Assembly: GCA_963786105.1 (NCBI GenBank)
Contig: CAWAXX010000024.1
Location: forward strand, 32,001-96,000
Source: Vulcanimicrobiota bacterium
GTDB taxonomy: Bacteria > Vulcanimicrobiota > Vulcanimicrobiia > Vulcanimicrobiales > Vulcanimicrobiaceae
Length of the DNA stretch: 64,000 nucleotides
Direction: 5' to 3'
The notes beneath the pieces are model-generated. The model was not told where the DNA came from and did no database searches. It saw nothing but the letters and a program-made list of their open reading frames with translations. Both the position numbers and the translations under genes were made by a program. This document shows positions 1 through 10,285 of this stretch, piece after piece. Numbering within the stretch: position 1 is the first letter of the stretch; the number at the start of each line of letters is the position of its first letter.

Positions 1-249
1 ATGGATTTCAGCAAAGCTGACGCTTTTTGCGGCGGCGATATCGCGAAGACTCGCCACCTGCTTGGATACAATCCGCTGCGGTCGCGAGCGATTGATGCTT
101 TTCTGCGGCGAAAGCTGCTCTTGATATATTTTGAATCCTTCGTCGATGCCGAATTGCCCGACGAGAACGTCCTTGACGTAGCAGAGATAGAAAATGTTGC
201 AATCGTCAGGGAGCGGGAACAACTGCAGTGCGTCGATCACAGCGGTTAA
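1..249 (+). CDS. Hypothetical protein, probably the 3' end of a gene starting before the window
   Basis: Open frame to TAA at 249, convergent with the GNAT gene. DIAKTRHLLGYNP only loosely resembles an epimerase C-terminus. Confidence 0.3.
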   Translation: MDFSKADAFCGGDIAKTRHLLGYNPLRSRAIDAFLRRKLLLIYFESFVDAELPDENVLDVAEIENVAIVREREQLQCVDHSG

Positions 250-995
250 CCGCCGCCCCGAGGCGGCTCATCGTACCACCGGTGCAGCACGAAAGCCGAG
301 GACACGATTTGATAGTGATGCCGCACGATCGCCCGTTGGAGCGACAAGTTGGTGATCTTCGTCCAGATGATGACGTACCGGGCACCGCGCTCGACGCTCC
401 ACCGGTGGAGCCAGTAACCCATGGCATACATTAGGCCTGACCCTTGGGCGTGCGGAGCGACGGCCGCTAAGAAGATTTCGGCCTCAAGTGGGGAGTTTTG
501 CCGCATCACCGCAAAGGCGTCGATCGCGTCGCCCTTAGACGCCACAAACACGGCGGCGTCTTCGGCTTCGTTCGCACACAATCGCCTGGTCCAATCGGCG
601 TAGGCTTCCGTCGAGTCTGCTCGACGCAGTCTGGGGTCGGAATGATAGTGGCCTTGATAGCGATCGAATGCCGAGGCGGCTACTCGCGCAATGCCGCCGG
701 CATCCTCGCGCCGTGCCTCTCGTATGCCGGCGAGATTCTCCGGTAGCTCGACATGGTGTTGCCGCCGGTTATCTCTACGATAACAGACGAGACAATCCAT
801 TAACCGCGCTCCGTCTTCTTCAAGCTGCTGCACGGCGTTGGTGGCCGTCGTCCGGCATCGCGCAATGAGCAAACCGACACCATGCGACCGGCAAAAGGCG
901 TAGCTTGCCGCAACGTCGTCCAGGCTGCCGATGTCGGATCGGGCAGTTACGACGCCGAAGCGAGCCGTGTCCAGTTCAGACAAGTGTGCCGGCAT
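246..995 (-). CDS. GNAT N-acetyltransferase, WecD/RffC-like (nucleotide-amino-sugar acetyltransferase)
   Basis: GNAT motif A (AVAPHAQGSGL) and a WecD-like H-x-D-P-R segment (YHSDPRL). Lies directly downstream of a DegT aminotransferase. Confidence 0.8.
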   Translation of the reverse strand: MPAHLSELDTARFGVVTARSDIGSLDDVAASYAFCRSHGVGLLIARCRTTATNAVQQLEEDGARLMDCLVCYRRDNRRQHHVELPENLAGIREARREDAGGIARVAASAFDRYQGHYHSDPRLRRADSTEAYADWTRRLCANEAEDAAVFVASKGDAIDAFAVMRQNSPLEAEIFLAAVAPHAQGSGLMYAMGYWLHRWSVERGARYVIIWTKITNLSLQRAIVRHHYQIVSSAFVLHRWYDEPPRGGG

Positions 996-996
996 G

Positions 997-2193
997 CTAA
1001 CGGCTGCCCGAAGCGGCGATGTCTCGCACCGTGTCGATCACATAGTGCACGTCGTCGTCGCTCATGCTGGGCTGTCCGGGAAGCGAGAGCACTTCATGTG
1101 AGACCGCCAGAGCGCTGGGAAACTGTTCGGGATGCCATCCATACGCGTCGCGATAATACGGATGAAGGTGTACCGCGGCGTAATGAACGCCGGCGCCGAC
1201 GTTTCGTTGGCGCAACATTGCGACGAAGTCGTCACGCGTTAGACCGTTGCGGCTGCGTTTTACTTTCACAATGTAGAGATGAAGTGCGTGTCGTGCGCCA
1301 TGCACGTTTGGCCGCGACAGCAGTTCGATCCCTTCTACGTCCGAGAGCCCGGCGTCGTACGCACGCGCAATCGCCTCGCGTCGCGCGAGGAAGTCTTCGA
1401 TACGATCGAGCTGCGCGAGCCCGAGCGCAGCATTGAGATCGGTCGAGTTGTACTTGAATCCGGGAAGGACTGCCAAGCTTGGTGTCAACTGCTTCGATGC
1501 GAAGCGATTCCAGGCGTCGGTGGGAAGACCGTGCAGCCGCAGCATCTTGAGGCGCTCGGCCACCTTCGCATCGTTGGTGACGATCATGCCTCCTTCCGCA
1601 GTGGTGATGTTTTTATTGGCGTAGAACGAAAAGACGACGAGATTCCCTGACGATCCAATCATGCCGCCTAAAGGCATGCGGCCCCCGATGGCGTGCGCGG
1701 CATCCTCGATGACCGCAACGCCGTCGCCTACGGCAGCGCGAACCCCGTCGAGGTCAAAGGCACGACCGCCAAAGTGAACGCCGATGACGGCCTTCGTGCG
1801 CGGCGTCACCGCTTTCGCCACGTGCTCTGGCGAAAGATTGAGCGTCGTCGCATCGATGTCGGCCAGCACGGGCGTCGCGCCGCAGTGTTCGATGACGTTG
1901 ACGGTTGCCACGAACGTCATCGGCGTCGTGATCACTTCGTCACCGGGTCCGATGCCCGATGCAACCAGCGACAGATGTAATCCCGCGGTCGCAGAGTTCA
2001 CGAAGACGCCGTGTTTCGCGCCCACGTATTCGGCGAGCTCGTTCTCAAAGCGCTCGCACAACGGTCCTTGGCCGATCCAACCCGACTCGAGAACCTTCAC
2101 GACCGCGTCGCGTTCGGCCGGTCCTAATGTCGGCGTTCCGAACGGCAAAAAATCCCGTCGTATTCGCGCGCCCGACGAGCGCTCAGACCCCAT
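997..2193 (-). CDS. DegT/DnrJ/EryC1/StrS PLP-dependent sugar aminotransferase
   Basis: Motifs NSATAGLHL, VIEDAAHA, FSFYANKNITTAEGG and GFKYN. Start placed at ATG 2193, overlapping the upstream stop. Confidence 0.93.
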   Translation of the reverse strand: MGSERSSGARIRRDFLPFGTPTLGPAERDAVVKVLESGWIGQGPLCERFENELAEYVGAKHGVFVNSATAGLHLSLVASGIGPGDEVITTPMTFVATVNVIEHCGATPVLADIDATTLNLSPEHVAKAVTPRTKAVIGVHFGGRAFDLDGVRAAVGDGVAVIEDAAHAIGGRMPLGGMIGSSGNLVVFSFYANKNITTAEGGMIVTNDAKVAERLKMLRLHGLPTDAWNRFASKQLTPSLAVLPGFKYNSTDLNAALGLAQLDRIEDFLARREAIARAYDAGLSDVEGIELLSRPNVHGARHALHLYIVKVKRSRNGLTRDDFVAMLRQRNVGAGVHYAAVHLHPYYRDAYGWHPEQFPSALAVSHEVLSLPGQPSMSDDDVHYVIDTVRDIAASGSR

Positions 2194-3097
2194 GGAGCGC
2201 GGCGACCGTCTTTCGCAAAATCTCGTTCGACCCCGAGAGGTCGGGGCGATCGAGAAAGGTTTGAAACGCTTCATCACTTTCCCAAACGTCCCGCCGCGAT
2301 CCGAGCACGTGCTCGCGGAGATAATGGATTATCCGCACGTCGGCCAGTTCAGACGCGTGCAACTCGTCGGCCCATACGTCGTTCGGGAAGTTGTATCGCA
2401 AATCGAGGGAAACGTGAGGGAGGTCTAGATCGTAGATTGCCAACGTTAGGGCGAGTTGGCTGCGAAAGCCCCAGTGAATCGGTGCATCCGCCGTTGCTAC
2501 GAGGCAGCGTTCGATGTGCGGTGCCAGCTTCGAGAAGAGGCTTCCCGGAAAGAAAACGACGCCGTAGTTGTAGTAGGCCGGTGCGAATCGATGGCTTGGG
2601 TTTTGCAGCATCCCGCCCCAGCCCGAGTGCTGGAACCGTGCCGCCGGTAATCGTCGTCCGACGGCTTCGAAGACGGTTTCCCAACTCTCGCCGGAACTAT
2701 CGCGCTCGAACGGCGGAACGTGAGCGATCACGCCCGCGATCGCCGGTTGTGCGACGAGCGCTTCGAGGACGTCGTCCACATTTTGAACCAGCATGGTATC
2801 CGCGTCGAGGAACAACACGACATCCGCCGCAGTGTCGTGCCTGTAGCGATCCAGCGCGGTGGCGTGGTACGAGTAACGGCGAAAGATGTCGCGATCGAGC
2901 CAATGCCAGTCAACGCGCTCTCGGCTCCAAGGGTTCAATACGGCTAGATCGTGCGGATCGCAGTCCTCGCCGACGGAAACCACAAAGCGCGCATCCGCCG
3001 CCAGCCCGCCGCGCGCGGCAAACGAGCGGCAAAGATACTCGACCTGTCGGAAAAAATGCCGCGTCGGACTGATCGGAATCCGAATCTCAATCTTCAT
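2183..3097 (-). CDS. GT-A fold (GT8-like) glycosyltransferase
   Basis: DxD motif (VLFLDADT), YYNYGV, RYNFP and IIHY. Likely start MKIEIRIP at 3097. Confidence 0.65.
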   Translation of the reverse strand: MKIEIRIPISPTRHFFRQVEYLCRSFAARGGLAADARFVVSVGEDCDPHDLAVLNPWSRERVDWHWLDRDIFRRYSYHATALDRYRHDTAADVVLFLDADTMLVQNVDDVLEALVAQPAIAGVIAHVPPFERDSSGESWETVFEAVGRRLPAARFQHSGWGGMLQNPSHRFAPAYYNYGVVFFPGSLFSKLAPHIERCLVATADAPIHWGFRSQLALTLAIYDLDLPHVSLDLRYNFPNDVWADELHASELADVRIIHYLREHVLGSRRDVWESDEAFQTFLDRPDLSGSNEILRKTVAALHGV

Positions 3098-3170
3098 TCG
3101 GTTCTCGAAGAGCGATCTTTCGGGCTGAGCGCAGGTTCGGTTGAAGATTCGACAAAAAGAAAACCTTGGA

Positions 3171-4352
3171 GTGGCGAGCCAGTTAGACCTCCGAAAACAC
3201 CGACTCAATTCGGCCCTTGGCGAGGTCTGTCGGCCGCTTCTTCCCACTGCGGAGCGTCTGCTCCCCTATCTCAAGTCGATCGATCGGCGACGTTGGTATT
3301 CGAATTGGGGTGAGTTGAATACCACGCTCGAGAGCAGGCTGAGCGCGGAATTTGGGCTGGTGGAATATGGTTGCGTGACGACGAGCAACGCGACCGACGC
3401 CATCACGGCCGCATTGATCGCCGTGGCCGGTCGCGGATCGAGCGATCGTCCGTACTGCCTGATGCCTTCGTATACGTTCGTTGCGACTGCATCGGCGGCG
3501 CTCAACGCCGGATATACGCCGTACTTCGTCGACATAGAACCGAACGGATTCGCCACGAAACCGGCGGCGCTCATGGAGCATCCGGCGATGCAGCGAGCCG
3601 GCGCGATCGTCGCCGTTGCACCGTATGGCCGTCCGATCGATGCAACGGCGTGGCAGAACCTGGCGCAGCAGACCGGAGTGCCGCTCGTCATCGACGCTGC
3701 GGCCGGCTTCGATGCGTTCGCTTCAGGAACGGCGACCGTCGCGCGAAATATTCCAGTCGTCCTCAGCTTCCACGCCACGAAGGTCTTTGGCGTGGGTGAG
3801 GGCGGTGCGATCCTGTGCGGCGATTTGGAACTCTCGAAAACCTGCCGGCGAGTTCTCAACTTTGGTCTCCTCGGCAGTCGCGACGCACGCGTGGCCGGGA
3901 TCAACGGGAAAATGAGCGAGTATCACGCCGCGGTTGGGCTGGCCGAACTCGATGAGTGGCCGTCTAAACGATCCGCATTCCTGCGCGTTGCGCAAACATA
4001 TCGGCGCGCAGCAGAGCGGTACGGCCTTCGCGACAGCATCCTCGCGGAGACCGAGTGGGCCTCCAGTTACGTACTCTACTTAGCGGGCTCGCCGGATGTT
4101 GCCAGATCGGCCGCCGGCCGCCTTCAGGCCGCAGGCCTCGGTTACCGTTGGTGGTACGGGCAAGGAGTTCATCGCGAACCCGGCTACGCGCATCTGCCCG
4201 CCGATCCGCTGCCGGTCACTGAAGATGTAGCTCCTCGGCTCATCGGCCTGCCGATCTGGGTCGACCTCGATGATGCGACGGTGACGAGCGTATTGCGAGC
4301 GCTCTCAGGAAATGCTGAACCCTCTAAAACTCAGACGCCCCGCAATCGATGA
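3171..4352 (+). CDS. DegT-family aminotransferase, VioA-like
   Basis: Motifs IDAAAGF, SFHATKVFGVGEGG and GINGKMSEYHAAVGL. GTG 3171 taken as start. Confidence 0.9.
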   Translation: MASQLDLRKHRLNSALGEVCRPLLPTAERLLPYLKSIDRRRWYSNWGELNTTLESRLSAEFGLVEYGCVTTSNATDAITAALIAVAGRGSSDRPYCLMPSYTFVATASAALNAGYTPYFVDIEPNGFATKPAALMEHPAMQRAGAIVAVAPYGRPIDATAWQNLAQQTGVPLVIDAAAGFDAFASGTATVARNIPVVLSFHATKVFGVGEGGAILCGDLELSKTCRRVLNFGLLGSRDARVAGINGKMSEYHAAVGLAELDEWPSKRSAFLRVAQTYRRAAERYGLRDSILAETEWASSYVLYLAGSPDVARSAAGRLQAAGLGYRWWYGQGVHREPGYAHLPADPLPVTEDVAPRLIGLPIWVDLDDATVTSVLRALSGNAEPSKTQTPRNR

Positions 4353-4981
4353 CTCGGCGCCTTCAAGGTTATGCTCGGCGACCCGACCACGACCGTATTC
4401 GGAGGAAGGTTGCGGGTGATGTAGGCTCTGCGGGCAATTACACAGGCTTCGCCTATCGAAACGCCGTCTATCACGTCGGAAGAACTCACGAAACACCGGG
4501 GTCCTAACGTCGTGTTCCCCATGAAGATGGCCGAGGTCAGGAAGCAATGATCTCCGATGCGTGAATGGTGACCGACGACGGCGCCCCAGATCATGACGTT
4601 ATCGCCTATTTCCGTGAACGGGTGTATGTAGGTGGATTCCAAGATAAGACAGTTTTCGCCGACGGGGGTCCCGTAGTAAGACGCCGTCGGATGGATGAAG
4701 CTGATGAACCGATAGCCGCGCGCGCGGCCGTTCTCAAAGCGTTGCTGGCGCACCGTGTTGAGCTTCACATAACTGATCGGCGCAAAAAGCCGGACGCGGT
4801 CGGGCGGGAAATCCTTTTCGAGATCCTCCCACGCCACGAGCGGGCAGTCCTCGAAGGTGTTCGCGGTTAACCGATCGGCGTCGACGGTGAAGCCCACAAC
4901 GCGATGCTGGCCGGACCACTCCAGGTAGAATTTCATCAGCTGAGCGGTGCTGCCGGCCCCAAAAATTACGACGTCAGCCAT
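4331..4981 (-). CDS. Hexapeptide-repeat sugar acetyltransferase (NeuD/PglD/VioB-like)
   Basis: N-terminal VIFGAG, then SFIHPTAS and left-handed beta-helix repeats (GENCLI, IGDNVMI, IGDHCFL). Confidence 0.85.
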   Translation of the reverse strand: MADVVIFGAGSTAQLMKFYLEWSGQHRVVGFTVDADRLTANTFEDCPLVAWEDLEKDFPPDRVRLFAPISYVKLNTVRQQRFENGRARGYRFISFIHPTASYYGTPVGENCLILESTYIHPFTEIGDNVMIWGAVVGHHSRIGDHCFLTSAIFMGNTTLGPRCFVSSSDVIDGVSIGEACVIARRAYITRNLPPNTVVVGSPSITLKAPSHRLRGV

Positions 4982-5528
4982 GGTCGCCGACCCACCAGCG
5001 CCGGGTTCCCGAATCCAAATGGACGTGGGTGTCGTAGTAACCGATGCCGCCGGCAAGCCCCCGCGACCAGCAGGCGTCGAAAAGATCTTTCATCGACACG
5101 CCGGAGACGTACATGTCGACCGCCTTGGCGTAGAGGTGTTGGCTATTGCGGGCGGAGCCTTCGGTGCCGGCGTTGGTCAGCGGCGAGCGGTAGCCGCTGG
5201 TGATGACGATCGGGCCGCCGATGCCGTGCAACGCGAGCGCGTGCTGCACTTCCCACAGCACCTCGATCGCCACGATGTCGAAACGAACGTAGCCCTGCAC
5301 GAACGGAACGTCGTGGTCGCGCATCAGCCAGCAAACCTCGCGATAGCCGGGTTCGTAAACGGTACGGCCGTCGATCGAGAACGGCGCTCGAACCTCTTCG
5401 TTGTAGCCTTCGCGCCGAAGCCACAGCACGCGCTTGCGATCGGAGGGCGCGGCTGCGCGTACGGCCGCCGGCGACATGCCTGCCAGCGCCGCGGCGGTGA
5501 GCGTCGTCAGGAAATCAGGTCGCCGCAT
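4974..5528 (-). CDS. YcbK/DUF882 peptidase M15 family protein with Tat-like signal
   Basis: MRRPDFL twin-arginine signal. M15 motifs ITSGYRS, NSQHLYAKAVD and GIGYY..HVHLD. Confidence 0.88.
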   Translation of the reverse strand: MRRPDFLTTLTAAALAGMSPAAVRAAAPSDRKRVLWLRREGYNEEVRAPFSIDGRTVYEPGYREVCWLMRDHDVPFVQGYVRFDIVAIEVLWEVQHALALHGIGGPIVITSGYRSPLTNAGTEGSARNSQHLYAKAVDMYVSGVSMKDLFDACWSRGLAGGIGYYDTHVHLDSGTRRWWVGDHG

Positions 5529-7525
5529 GAAAGCTCTCGGTTTTCGTGGGCGGCCGCCGATGGCGAATGTCTCCCAGCGTCTTGCGGACGACGTCTGGCC
5601 AGCGCGAGCGTTCTCTCTCCCAAGCCTGCACGCGCGCAAAGATCGCTCGGCGCCGCGACATCCATACCTCAGAATCGGTCGCGAGGGCGATGATTCGATT
5701 CGCAAATTCGCGTGGATCGTCCGAAATGTCGATCTCGACGCCGTCGAGTAGTCCCATGCCTTCAGCTCCGACGGTCGTAGCCACGACCGGCACGCCGTAT
5801 TGGAGCGCTTCCATGGTCTTGTTCTTGACGCCGGCGCCCATACGAATCGGCGCGATGGCGATGAGGGCGGAATTATACAAATCCTTAATCGATCGGACGA
5901 ACCCGGTAAGGATCACGGTTTCGTCGGCTAGCTGCATGACCGGCAGCGGTGGATTCTTTCCACTTACCAAGGTGCGAAACTCGGGAATCGCCTCCCGAAC
6001 GTGCGGGAGCACGTGCCGGCAGTACCAGCGCAGCGCGTCGACGTTGGGCGATTGGTCTCCGCCAAGCCAGCCGGCAACGAACACGGCATCCGCGCGGACG
6101 GTCGGCGTCGGAGATCCCATCTCGATTCCGCTTAGCAGTGGAACCATGAGCTCGACCGGAGCGTGGCTCGGAATGGCTTCGAGCCAATCGCGTTCCTCGT
6201 TTGAAATCGCCACAACCACGTCGACCGACGATGCGATGCTACGTTCGAGGCGTTCCATCCCCGCTGCCTCGGCTTCGCGCGTCCGGCGTCGCTCTTGGTC
6301 TTCTTCGAGCCGTGCTTGGATCCACAGCCGCTTGTGATATAGCGCCTCGGCGTCGTAGATGAGCTTCGCGTTTGGGAGTGCGGCCCGCACCGGCCTCAAG
6401 AAGGTGTCGGCATTGTGCGGTCGCGAGATAACGACCGCGTCGTACGTATTCTCGGGACGCGCGAGGTGTTCGTCGAGCGCTCCTTCGATGACGTCGACTC
6501 CGAGATGCGATAACGAGTTCTCGGTTGGCGGATCGCTCCGGTCGCTGGCATACACCGAGACCGCCAATCCGGCGTCGCTAAGCTCGGCAAAGAGTTCTTG
6601 CGCGCGCACGAATCCGGATCCGAGGCCGCCGTGGCCTTTTCCGGGATCCGGCAGGCGATCGTCGATCACGAGAACGCGCGGCGGATCGCCGCGCCGGCGC
6701 AAAACTGCGTTGGTTACGGCCACCGGCGACTCGGGCTCTGGGCGTGCGTACTCTGGAAGAACGTCGCCCCATTTTTCGCACAGCAGTGCCTGGTTTCTCC
6801 GGAAGAGAAACGATCGGAAGGAGTTGTCCTGGGTGCTCGCAGCTTCGACGTGTTTGATCACGGCTCGCGGTTCGTACATGACTTCCCGCTCGAGCCGATG
6901 TCGTATGCCGAGACAGAGGTCCGTATCTTCGTAATACGCGGGAAAGTAGCGCGCGTCGAATCCGCCCAAGGCCTCAAAGTCGTCGCGCCGCATCAGGAGT
7001 CCGTTTGCCGAAATGTAATCCACCGGGCGCAGGTACGAGTACGCCAGCGAGCCCGGCGGTGCTCCGCGGCCTAACGGGCGCGTCGATCCATCGGACCAGA
7101 TGATGCCGCCGGCTTCCTGCAAAGAGCCGTCGACGAAGAGTATACGGGACCCGACGGCACCGGCGCGAGGATACGTCGTCGCGGTGCGCAGCAGCGCCTC
7201 GAGCCACCCCGGTTCGACGACGGCATCGTCGTTCAAGAAAACCAGGTACTCGCCGGCGGCCTTGCCGGCCGCAAAGTTATTGCCGCCGCCAAAGCCCAGA
7301 TTGAGGCCAAGCCGGTAGGGCGCGAACGCCGGTGACGCTTTTCAGGAACGTCTGCGCGCCGGTGGGCTCGGTGCCGTTGAAGACGAGGATCACTTCGTAT
7401 GGCGTTTGGGTCGCGTCGATGGTGCGTTCGAGCGACGACAGACAGCTGCCCAAATGTTCGAGCTGGTCTTGCGTTAAGATGATTATCGAGACGCCGGGCC
7501 GCTCTGCCCGCGCAAGCGTGATCAT
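5515..7525 (-). CDS. Bifunctional GT2-GT4 glycosyltransferase (one frameshift near 7308)
   Basis: The N-terminal ORF (VSIIILT) joins to NLGFGGGNN..EYLVFLNDD. Also LQEAGG, AYYEDTDLC and the GT4 motif GAGVKNKTMEALQYGVPVVAT. Confidence 0.88.
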
Positions 7526-7684
7526 CGGGGGTGAAGGCTCCTTGGTTGGGCACTGATCGGAGGCCCGAAGGTGTTTTTCGCGGCCCTCCGATGCATTCCC
7601 CGAAGGCCCGCGGCGGTTGCGCCCGAAGTCTCTTCGACCTCGAGCCGTTTGGGCTTCGTGATGCGCAGGGAGTCAGGAAGTAAG

Positions 7685-10276
7685 ATGCAATCTCGCACGC
7701 TCAAACCACGAAAGAATTATCCCAAACACGCCGAGCTCGCGTCTTCGCCCCCCGATCCGAATACCAGCATCGCGCATATGCTCGAGATGATCGGCGAACG
7801 CAAGAAAGTGCTCGACGTCGGATGCGCCAGCGGTTATCTCTCGAGCCTGCTGGTAAAGCGTGAGTGCGACGTGGTCGGCGTCGACATCAACCCGATCGCC
7901 GCAGAAGAGGCGCGAAAGTTTTGCACCAGCGTCGTCGTGGCGGATCTCGACGAGGTCGTTCTCCCCGAACTCCTCGAAGGCAGGCAGTTCGAAGCAATCG
8001 TCTTTGGAGACGTGCTCGAGCATCTTCACGAACCCGCGCGGACGCTCGACGAATCGCGCGAGCTCCTCGGAGAACGCGGTTACGTCGTCGCGTCGATCCC
8101 GAACGTGTCGCATGGAGCCATCCGCCTCGCGCTGCTCTCAGGGCGTTTTGACTATCAGGAGTTGGGGATTCTCGACGACGCGCACCTGCGATTCTTCACG
8201 GCCAAGACGATCGACGAACTGTTCCTGACGGCGGGTTACCGCATCGACGTCATCCAGCGCGTGACGCTGCCGATCTTTGCAGAATCCGAGCTGGTGCCGG
8301 CGCTCGATCCACGCGATTTCGACGAGGCGACGGTTGCCGAGGTTCGATCGGACCCCGAGAGCGAGACGCTGCAATTCGTCGTGAAGGCGTTCCCACTTTC
8401 GAACGATCAGCGTTTGCGCACGGTGTCCAAGCGATTTCTCGCGGCAAATACGGAACTCACGGCGACAAAACAGCAAATCGCGCATCGCGAAAACGAGTTA
8501 CAGGCTCTCCGGTCGACGATGGAGTCACAGGATGCCGTGATTCTCGACCTGCGCGAACAAGCCGACCGTGCATCGAACGAACTCGACTCAACCAAAAAGG
8601 AATTGAGACGTCTTGACGACGCCTACCGTTCGCTCGAAGTAGATAGCCTGGCTAAGCAGAACGCGGCGATGGAACGAATCCTTGCCGTGCAGACCGAGCG
8701 TTCGCAGTTGGAGATGCAGAACGGTGCGGTAGACCTGCATGCTGCGGAGTCGCTCGAGCAACTCGAAAGTGAAATCCGAATGCTTCGCGAGCAACTCGAG
8801 GCCGAGCAGAATCGCGCCGAAGAACTAAAACGCGAGTTCGTCGAGGCGGTAGCTACGCGGGACGACGCGCAACAGCGGCTCGAACAGGAAAGCCGGCGGG
8901 CCGCGATTCGCGAGCTCCGGCTGGCCGACGCCGTCGCGAGTCAGAACGAGGCGCGGCTTCAACTGGAGAGCGAGCGCGCCGAAGCGGCGAATTTGCAGCG
9001 CTCGCTAGCGGAAGCCGAATTGCTCGGGGCGACCGTGGAAACGCTCAAGGGCGATGTCGCTTCGTTGGTCCGGGACAACGCGCAGCTCGAGGAACGGTTC
9101 CAGTTGGAGCTCGGCGAGAAGGCCCAACTCGAGAGTGCGGTTCAAGCCGAGCGCAATCGCGCAGCCGACTTGCAAGCGCTAGCCGACTCACTCCAGATCA
9201 GCGTGGAGGCCTTGCGCATCGAGGTGACCGCGCTTACGCAAGGCAAGGTGCAGATCGAGGGGCTGCTTCACGGAGAAATCGGCGACAAGGCTCGGCTCGA
9301 GGAGGCGCTTCGGGCAGAGCACGGCCGCGCCGGGGATCTGCAAATGCAAGTGCAAGCGTTGCAGTCCTCCGTCGAGTCGCTGGAATCCGAAGTCGCCGCG
9401 GTTTTCGTCGACCTCGAGAGATCCGAGACGCTGCTGCAGCAGACGGAGCGCATGTATTCCGACAAGATTGCCGAGACCATCGACACGGCTCGAACTGCGC
9501 TCGAAACGGAACGTAGCGTCGCCGAAGCTCGGCATCGTGAGGATGCGGCGAGCGTGTCGGAGCTCGAAGAGCAGCTCGAAGCGATACGAAAGGCGGCGAT
9601 TGCGGATAAGCTCGTGATGCGCGCGTACGCCAATGAGTTTCAACAGAGAGCGGAAAAAGCCGAGACCGAATTTGCTAAAGCGATCCGCCAGCGAGACGAT
9701 CTGTATCTCAGGGTTCTCGAGACCGAGCGAACGGTTCGAGATTCAACCGAGCAATCGGCCCGTCTGCAAGCGGAAATCGGTAGGCTCGAAGAAACCATTG
9801 GTCGGGAACGAGGCCACGCAACGTCTTTGGAGGCGGAGCTGAGAGGCCTCGAGGTTGCCGTTCGCGAGGAGCAATCGCGAACCCAAATTGCTGAGGGGAT
9901 CATACGCGAGCTGCGCGCTCGCGCAAGATCGTTAGAAAACGACGTTGCCCACCAGCAGGCGGCGTTGCAGCATCTTCGAGAGAGCGCGGAGCGCGATAGC
10001 GCCAGAGCGGACTCGGCCGCAGGCGAGCTTGCCTCACTGACCGTCCGGTACGAGATTCTGCAAGCAAACCTCGCGGAGATGGACAATCGGCTGGCCGCAC
10101 AAACGGAGGAACTCCTCGTTAGCACCAGTGCGGAAAGCGCGAGGCTCGCAACGCTGATCGACACGGCCCAGTCGAGCCATTTCTGGAAACTCAAGAATTG
10201 GCTGGTCAGGCTTCGCGTACGCGCGTTTGGCGCAGCACTTCCGCCCGAGCGCGTCCGCGTCAAGAGCCGTCCGTAA
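7685..10276 (+). CDS. Class I SAM methyltransferase fused to a very long coiled coil (WbdD/WsaE-like)
   Basis: Motifs VLDVGCASG, FGDVLEHL, SIPNVSH and GILDDAHLRFFT. Then about 580 aa of E/Q/L/A/R-rich heptads and a C-terminal SSHFWKLKNWL amphipathic helix. Confidence 0.85.
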   Translation: MQSRTLKPRKNYPKHAELASSPPDPNTSIAHMLEMIGERKKVLDVGCASGYLSSLLVKRECDVVGVDINPIAAEEARKFCTSVVVADLDEVVLPELLEGRQFEAIVFGDVLEHLHEPARTLDESRELLGERGYVVASIPNVSHGAIRLALLSGRFDYQELGILDDAHLRFFTAKTIDELFLTAGYRIDVIQRVTLPIFAESELVPALDPRDFDEATVAEVRSDPESETLQFVVKAFPLSNDQRLRTVSKRFLAANTELTATKQQIAHRENELQALRSTMESQDAVILDLREQADRASNELDSTKKELRRLDDAYRSLEVDSLAKQNAAMERILAVQTERSQLEMQNGAVDLHAAESLEQLESEIRMLREQLEAEQNRAEELKREFVEAVATRDDAQQRLEQESRRAAIRELRLADAVASQNEARLQLESERAEAANLQRSLAEAELLGATVETLKGDVASLVRDNAQLEERFQLELGEKAQLESAVQAERNRAADLQALADSLQISVEALRIEVTALTQGKVQIEGLLHGEIGDKARLEEALRAEHGRAGDLQMQVQALQSSVESLESEVAAVFVDLERSETLLQQTERMYSDKIAETIDTARTALETERSVAEARHREDAASVSELEEQLEAIRKAAIADKLVMRAYANEFQQRAEKAETEFAKAIRQRDDLYLRVLETERTVRDSTEQSARLQAEIGRLEETIGRERGHATSLEAELRGLEVAVREEQSRTQIAEGIIRELRARARSLENDVAHQQAALQHLRESAERDSARADSAAGELASLTVRYEILQANLAEMDNRLAAQTEELLVSTSAESARLATLIDTAQSSHFWKLKNWLVRLRVRAFGAALPPERVRVKSRP

Positions 10277-10285
10277 GAGGGCGCG

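Noticed and set aside
7685..10276. SMC/Wadjet/Lamassu-type defence ATPase or phage tape-measure interpretation of the long coils
   Set aside because: No Walker A/B or hinge motifs and no phage genes. The head is a methyltransferase and the context is glycan export.
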